This document shows positions 59,801 to 64,000 of a stretch of 64,000 bases of DNA, piece by piece. Made by a program: the position numbers and the translations under genes. Within the stretch, counting starts at the first letter, position 1. Every line of letters begins with the position of its first letter. This stretch comes from Ramazzottius varieornatus (taxonomy: Eukaryota > Animalia > Tardigrada): NCBI GenBank assembly GCA_001949185.1, contig BDGG01000003.1, forward strand, positions 3,269,158 through 3,333,157, read 5' to 3'. The notes beneath the pieces were generated by a model. It was not told the DNA's origin. It worked only from the letters and a program-made list of their open reading frames with translations, and searched no databases.

Positions 59801-62800
59801 CACGTTTTGGAATGGGTAAACTGCGAGAAAAATCAACTAAACATTGATTTCAGCGACTACAAAAAAAAGATGGATTCATCAAAATATTAGTAAAATACGT
59901 AGCATTTCGAGTGGTTAGGCTTACAGCATCCTGCGTCCGACAGAGCACACGGTAAAGGCGGGCATTGGACAATCAGCGGAATACACGACACAAAAGTGAT
60001 GAACAGACCGAAGTACAGACAGTACTTGAATATGTGGACCTTTGCAGTATTGATCTTGATGTTATTTTCAAGGTAGTGGAATGCCAACGGTACACGGTAT
60101 ATTTGCAGAAGGCGATTCATACGAATCATGGTCATCCAGTGCAAACATTCGGCCCGAGCCGGAGACACCACATCACCGTTGGGAGCCATCCCCCAAATGA
60201 TGAATTCGAAGGGCGCGCAACCCGCCAGGTCAATGAGGCAGTTGGATGTCAGGTACCTCTGAGCTGTCCGGTAAGGATGCGTCACTGTGACGTTCATGTC
60301 TGCGAAAGATAAATTTAATAGATTGGTTCAATAATTTGAGACGTGGGTAACTGATATAATCCAGATCTTTTTTCAAGTGACGCACGTCTTTGTTGTTACT
60401 TTTGTCATTGTTCTGAACAAGTGCGCCACTTGGAAAAACGATCTGATGCAATAACCGCATGCCGATCAGGTGGGATACCCGGTCCGTTCAAACTGACTGC
60501 CGGCTAGCGGGTGTAATATTTGGTCAATGTGTGTTACTTATTTTTTTTCACAGTTTTGTTTTCTAACAATTTTTTATCCGTTACCGTTAATGTACTGTAC
60601 GTGAAACTTTATGTAAATGTCCACGAAAGCGTATATATCGACGAGCCATAGCGTGATCATAAGTGAAAGTTCGTCGATCTGGAAGGCGTTCTGAATCATG
60701 ATGACCATGAACTGCATCACCGCTATGGTAATCCGCACCATTTCCCAGACCATCAGGAACCGACTATCCATAGGAATGGTTTGGCTCCTCAAGAGCTTAC
60801 AGAGCAGCGCCCCCACTCTCGACACATTCGCCACCTTCAAGTCATCCCGGAACCGCTGCTTTCTCTTCTCGTCTTCCGACAGCCGAGTAGCAGACTGCCT
60901 TCTTCCCTTTTTGACATACGGCTTGGCTTCCTTCGCTGCTAGCAAAAGATCATCATAGTAAGCACGATCTTGAGAAATCGCATCGATTTGGTGGCGCAGC
61001 CATTCAACGTTGGCGGCGACGTCGTCGAAGGCCGCGCGAGGCAGGGCGATGACTTCACAGTGAGTGACGGTTTTGACGGTAAGGATTTCGTTCTTGTTGA
61101 AGAGGAAGCCGAGTTCTCCGAAGTACATACCGGATCCGACGACCGCGACGCAGACGGAACTTTGATCGGGATGGAACATGTGGCAGAAGCCGCGACGGAC
61201 AACAAAGAGTTCCGGGATAAGGTCTCCCTGCTGAACGATGTATTCATCGGGTGGAAACAGGTATCTTCGGACTGCCGGTGCGAGGCATCTCAGGATGTTG
61301 TCCTCGATGTTCTTGAAGATTGGAACGCCGGCTACCAAATGTACAAGATCGTCCACCTATGAGGTAGTCAAACGTGGAGATCACATCCATGCGGTATAAG
61401 TCGAAATTATAAAAAACACCTTAGGAAAAAGTTTCAAGTGTCCAGCTCACACTACTTAGAACTATAGCTCAATTACCACTAGCAAAACCCTAATTACCGA
61501 CCGACTAAGTTTGCATCCGAAATTCTGTTCGTAATGAGCAATGCTATTAATAGCATCACTTTTGTGCAACGATTGCAAGAACGTTCTACCTGGATGTCCT
61601 CCATCAGATGATGCGGCATATCTTCCGTCATTTTCTTGACGCCCGGGATTTCTTCGCCTTGGTTCACGCTCCACAACAGAGCAACCGAGTCAATTGCGCG
61701 ATTCTGGATGTTCTTGGTTAACTTGTTGGCGTCCATGAGACGGATCAGCGCAAAAAGCCGTTCTTGAAACTCGGTCCGTGGTACATCCAGGTTCGCCACC
61801 GTCGCCGTCAGACTGGCCAGGACATAACCGTACATCACCGCCCCAACCAGAACCACCTGAAATGTACGCCCTAGTAATTCCAGATAATTCTTCATGAAGA
61901 TAATTATGGAAACACCAAGCCTCACAATTTCCTTACCAGTGTGACTACCATCTGTTCTAACACGTTATGCGGATATAAATCTCCATATCCAACGGAAGTC
62001 TATAGAGGATGAAGAAATGAGAACGATCACCTCCCAAGTTTTATTTTCGTGTGGGCCTACCATAAGTTCTGTCGCGTAGTACATGGCGCTCGTATAGCGA
62101 TAGCTATAGGACGCGTTTTCGGCTGTATTGCGGCTGTCCGGTTTGACCATTCCGGGAGGATAGTCAACACCCCACGAGGTCTCCATAGTCCCGTAGCACT
62201 CTGACGGGTCACAGGCAGTCAGGAACAACGCCACCGCACACATCTGTGTAAACATCGCGATGTACATGGTGAACTTCATGATCCTAACATGGGTTATGCT
62301 ATTATTCAGGTCCGCGCCGATATGATCGAAGAAGTTCGGCAGAGTCAGGACGCGTAATGCTCGGTTGACCTTCAGGTACCCCAACAGCTTGAAAACCCTC
62401 TTGGCGCCGCCATCACCCGCCAACCCGGCTACCGCGAAGATCTCTATGGGGAAGACAGCTAGCAAGTCTGTGTAACATCCCCATGATTTGAGATACGTCA
62501 ACGCCATCGTTCTATGATCGGTAATCTTCCCGTTGGCTGTGACTATCTGGGTGACGAAGTTAAGGCCGTAGTCCACGATGAAAAAGATGTCCATGACATA
62601 GTCGAAGAATATTAGCATGATCCCAGAGGTCGCCACCGCGTTGATTTCGTCGTTAGTAAGACCACTGTTGATGCGGGTGTTCAGTCCGAGAAGGTCATCG
62701 TAGCTCTGAAAGAATCCAACATAGGTGTTGAGGAAAAAGGTGCAGACCACCATTGCGATCAGACAGCGTTCCCAGAAGTAGTGGAAGAGTCCTTCCGGGT

Positions 62801-64000
62801 CGACGCTGAAGTCGTAAACGATGGTCTTCATCCACCGGAAGCGAGCGGAAAACTGCTGCCGTATTGTTCCCATATTGTATTCTACCTGTCAAATACATAA
62901 CTATAACCATGGCTTTCGATACCACGGACGTGTTATGCTGTTTACCATTTCATCCATCGGATCGCGAATCTTGAAGAGCTCCATGGATTTAGAGACTTTC
63001 AGTGTTTCTTGAGGACGGTCGATGTTCAGCGCGGTCATCAATGGACGTAGGTTGGCTCCCATGTCGTATTTCAGCTCTTCGATCCTGGCCGATAGCTCCT
63101 TCTGTTCCCGCTTCCGCTTGGCGATACCGACCTCATCGAGCGCGCTATCCACGTTCTTGTTGTGGCTTGCGATCCCTGTCTTCTCTTCTGTTCGTGTCTG
63201 CAAGAAAACCTTCTGTTTAAAGCACTTCCGGCGACGGACCAAGTTCAACCCCGGTAGCCCTGGGTGTCCAACCCGTAGGGACGTAGCCCTTAGTCGATGG
63301 TTACCCATGACCCACATTGTCCCAGGGGCGTTTGACACCTTCTGGTTCCTGTCGTATTTTAACCTCGGGGTTCGGTACCAGCTTGTTCATTGTTGTGGTT
63401 TTCTGAGTTATAAATTTATCGTCGTGTAACACAGTGACAGTGCTAAAGTCGACCTTCCTCCCAGGTTGTTTCCGCTACTTCCGTACGAGCTTAGTTTACT
63501 GTGCACTTACCCGCAATTCGTCCGCTATATCGGGATAGACAGCCAAGCAGTCCATCAGATCCTCGGTACGGAGGACCACGAGGTCGCAGTGAGCGATGGC
63601 GCGGATGGAGCATTTGCGGGGCATCCTTGTGATTAGGTTGATCTCACCGAACAATTTTCCAGACTTCAACAAAACAACTGGGACTTCATTCTCGTCGTCG
63701 CTCAGGATTTCGAGCTCACCATTCTGGATGTAAACCTGCAGAAAGGTAAGTCATTATTATGCTTCAGAGAACCGTCAACCGAACCGGTATTTTCCTTCGT
63801 TTATTTTGCAGGTTATGTACCATGAGATCGCTAAGCTCTCCTTTCTTCATGATCTGCTGTCCGGGAAGCGCCAGCATCGGCTTGAACTTGAGGCTTAACA
63901 TCCGCAAGAAGCCAGGATTCAAGTTTTGGAAAAGAGGAGACTTCTCGATGATCTGTCCAGAAATTTCAAGCGCGATCTCCGACCTGCGGAGATGTTAAGG
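56845..64000 (-). CDS. Multi-repeat CNGK/tetraKCNG-like K+-selective cyclic-nucleotide-binding-domain channel (5' part outside window)
   Basis: One continuous spliced gene with four CNBDs alternating with three 6TM pore modules. Filters are TSVGYGD, TTTGFGD and SATGYGE. Confidence 0.85.
60362..60445. repeat. Family A copy 13 (CNGK intron)
   Basis: CAGATCTTTTTTCAAGTGACGCAC-N35-GTGCGCCACTTGGAAAAACGATCTG. Confidence 0.85.

Overview
Eukaryotic, gene-dense animal DNA (about 17 spliced genes in 64 kb, most introns about 50-80 nt). The FGL-amide neuropeptide suggests a protostome invertebrate; the species cannot be fixed from sequence alone. Genes in order: CUB-domain secreted protein (partial), Mi-2/CHD3-4-5 remodeller, DXO/Dom3Z, a decayed ~4.7-kb PIF/Harbinger transposon, SECISBP2, a C-terminally short TOP3A, a divergent eIF4E, an SLC14-type urea transporter, survivin, two tandem M14 carboxypeptidases, attractin, RPS18, ARMH3, GTF2H2, an allatostatin-A-like precursor, WDR33, a RING-finger pseudogene, a synaptobrevin and a multi-repeat CNGK-like K+ channel that runs off the window. 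The most striking structure the genes do not explain is a set of three unrelated families of intronic inverted-repeat (dyad) elements, each with a near-fixed spacer. Family A is AAGTGGCGCAC-N25-GTGCGCCACTT (13 copies), family B is CCTRCATAC-N30-GTATGYAGG (8 copies, unrelated spacers) and family C is CACGGCCTTG-N18/19-CARGGCCGTG (2 copies). All 23 copies found by eye sit in the longer introns. Gene spans run from start to stop codon including introns and were inferred manually, so some ends are approximate.
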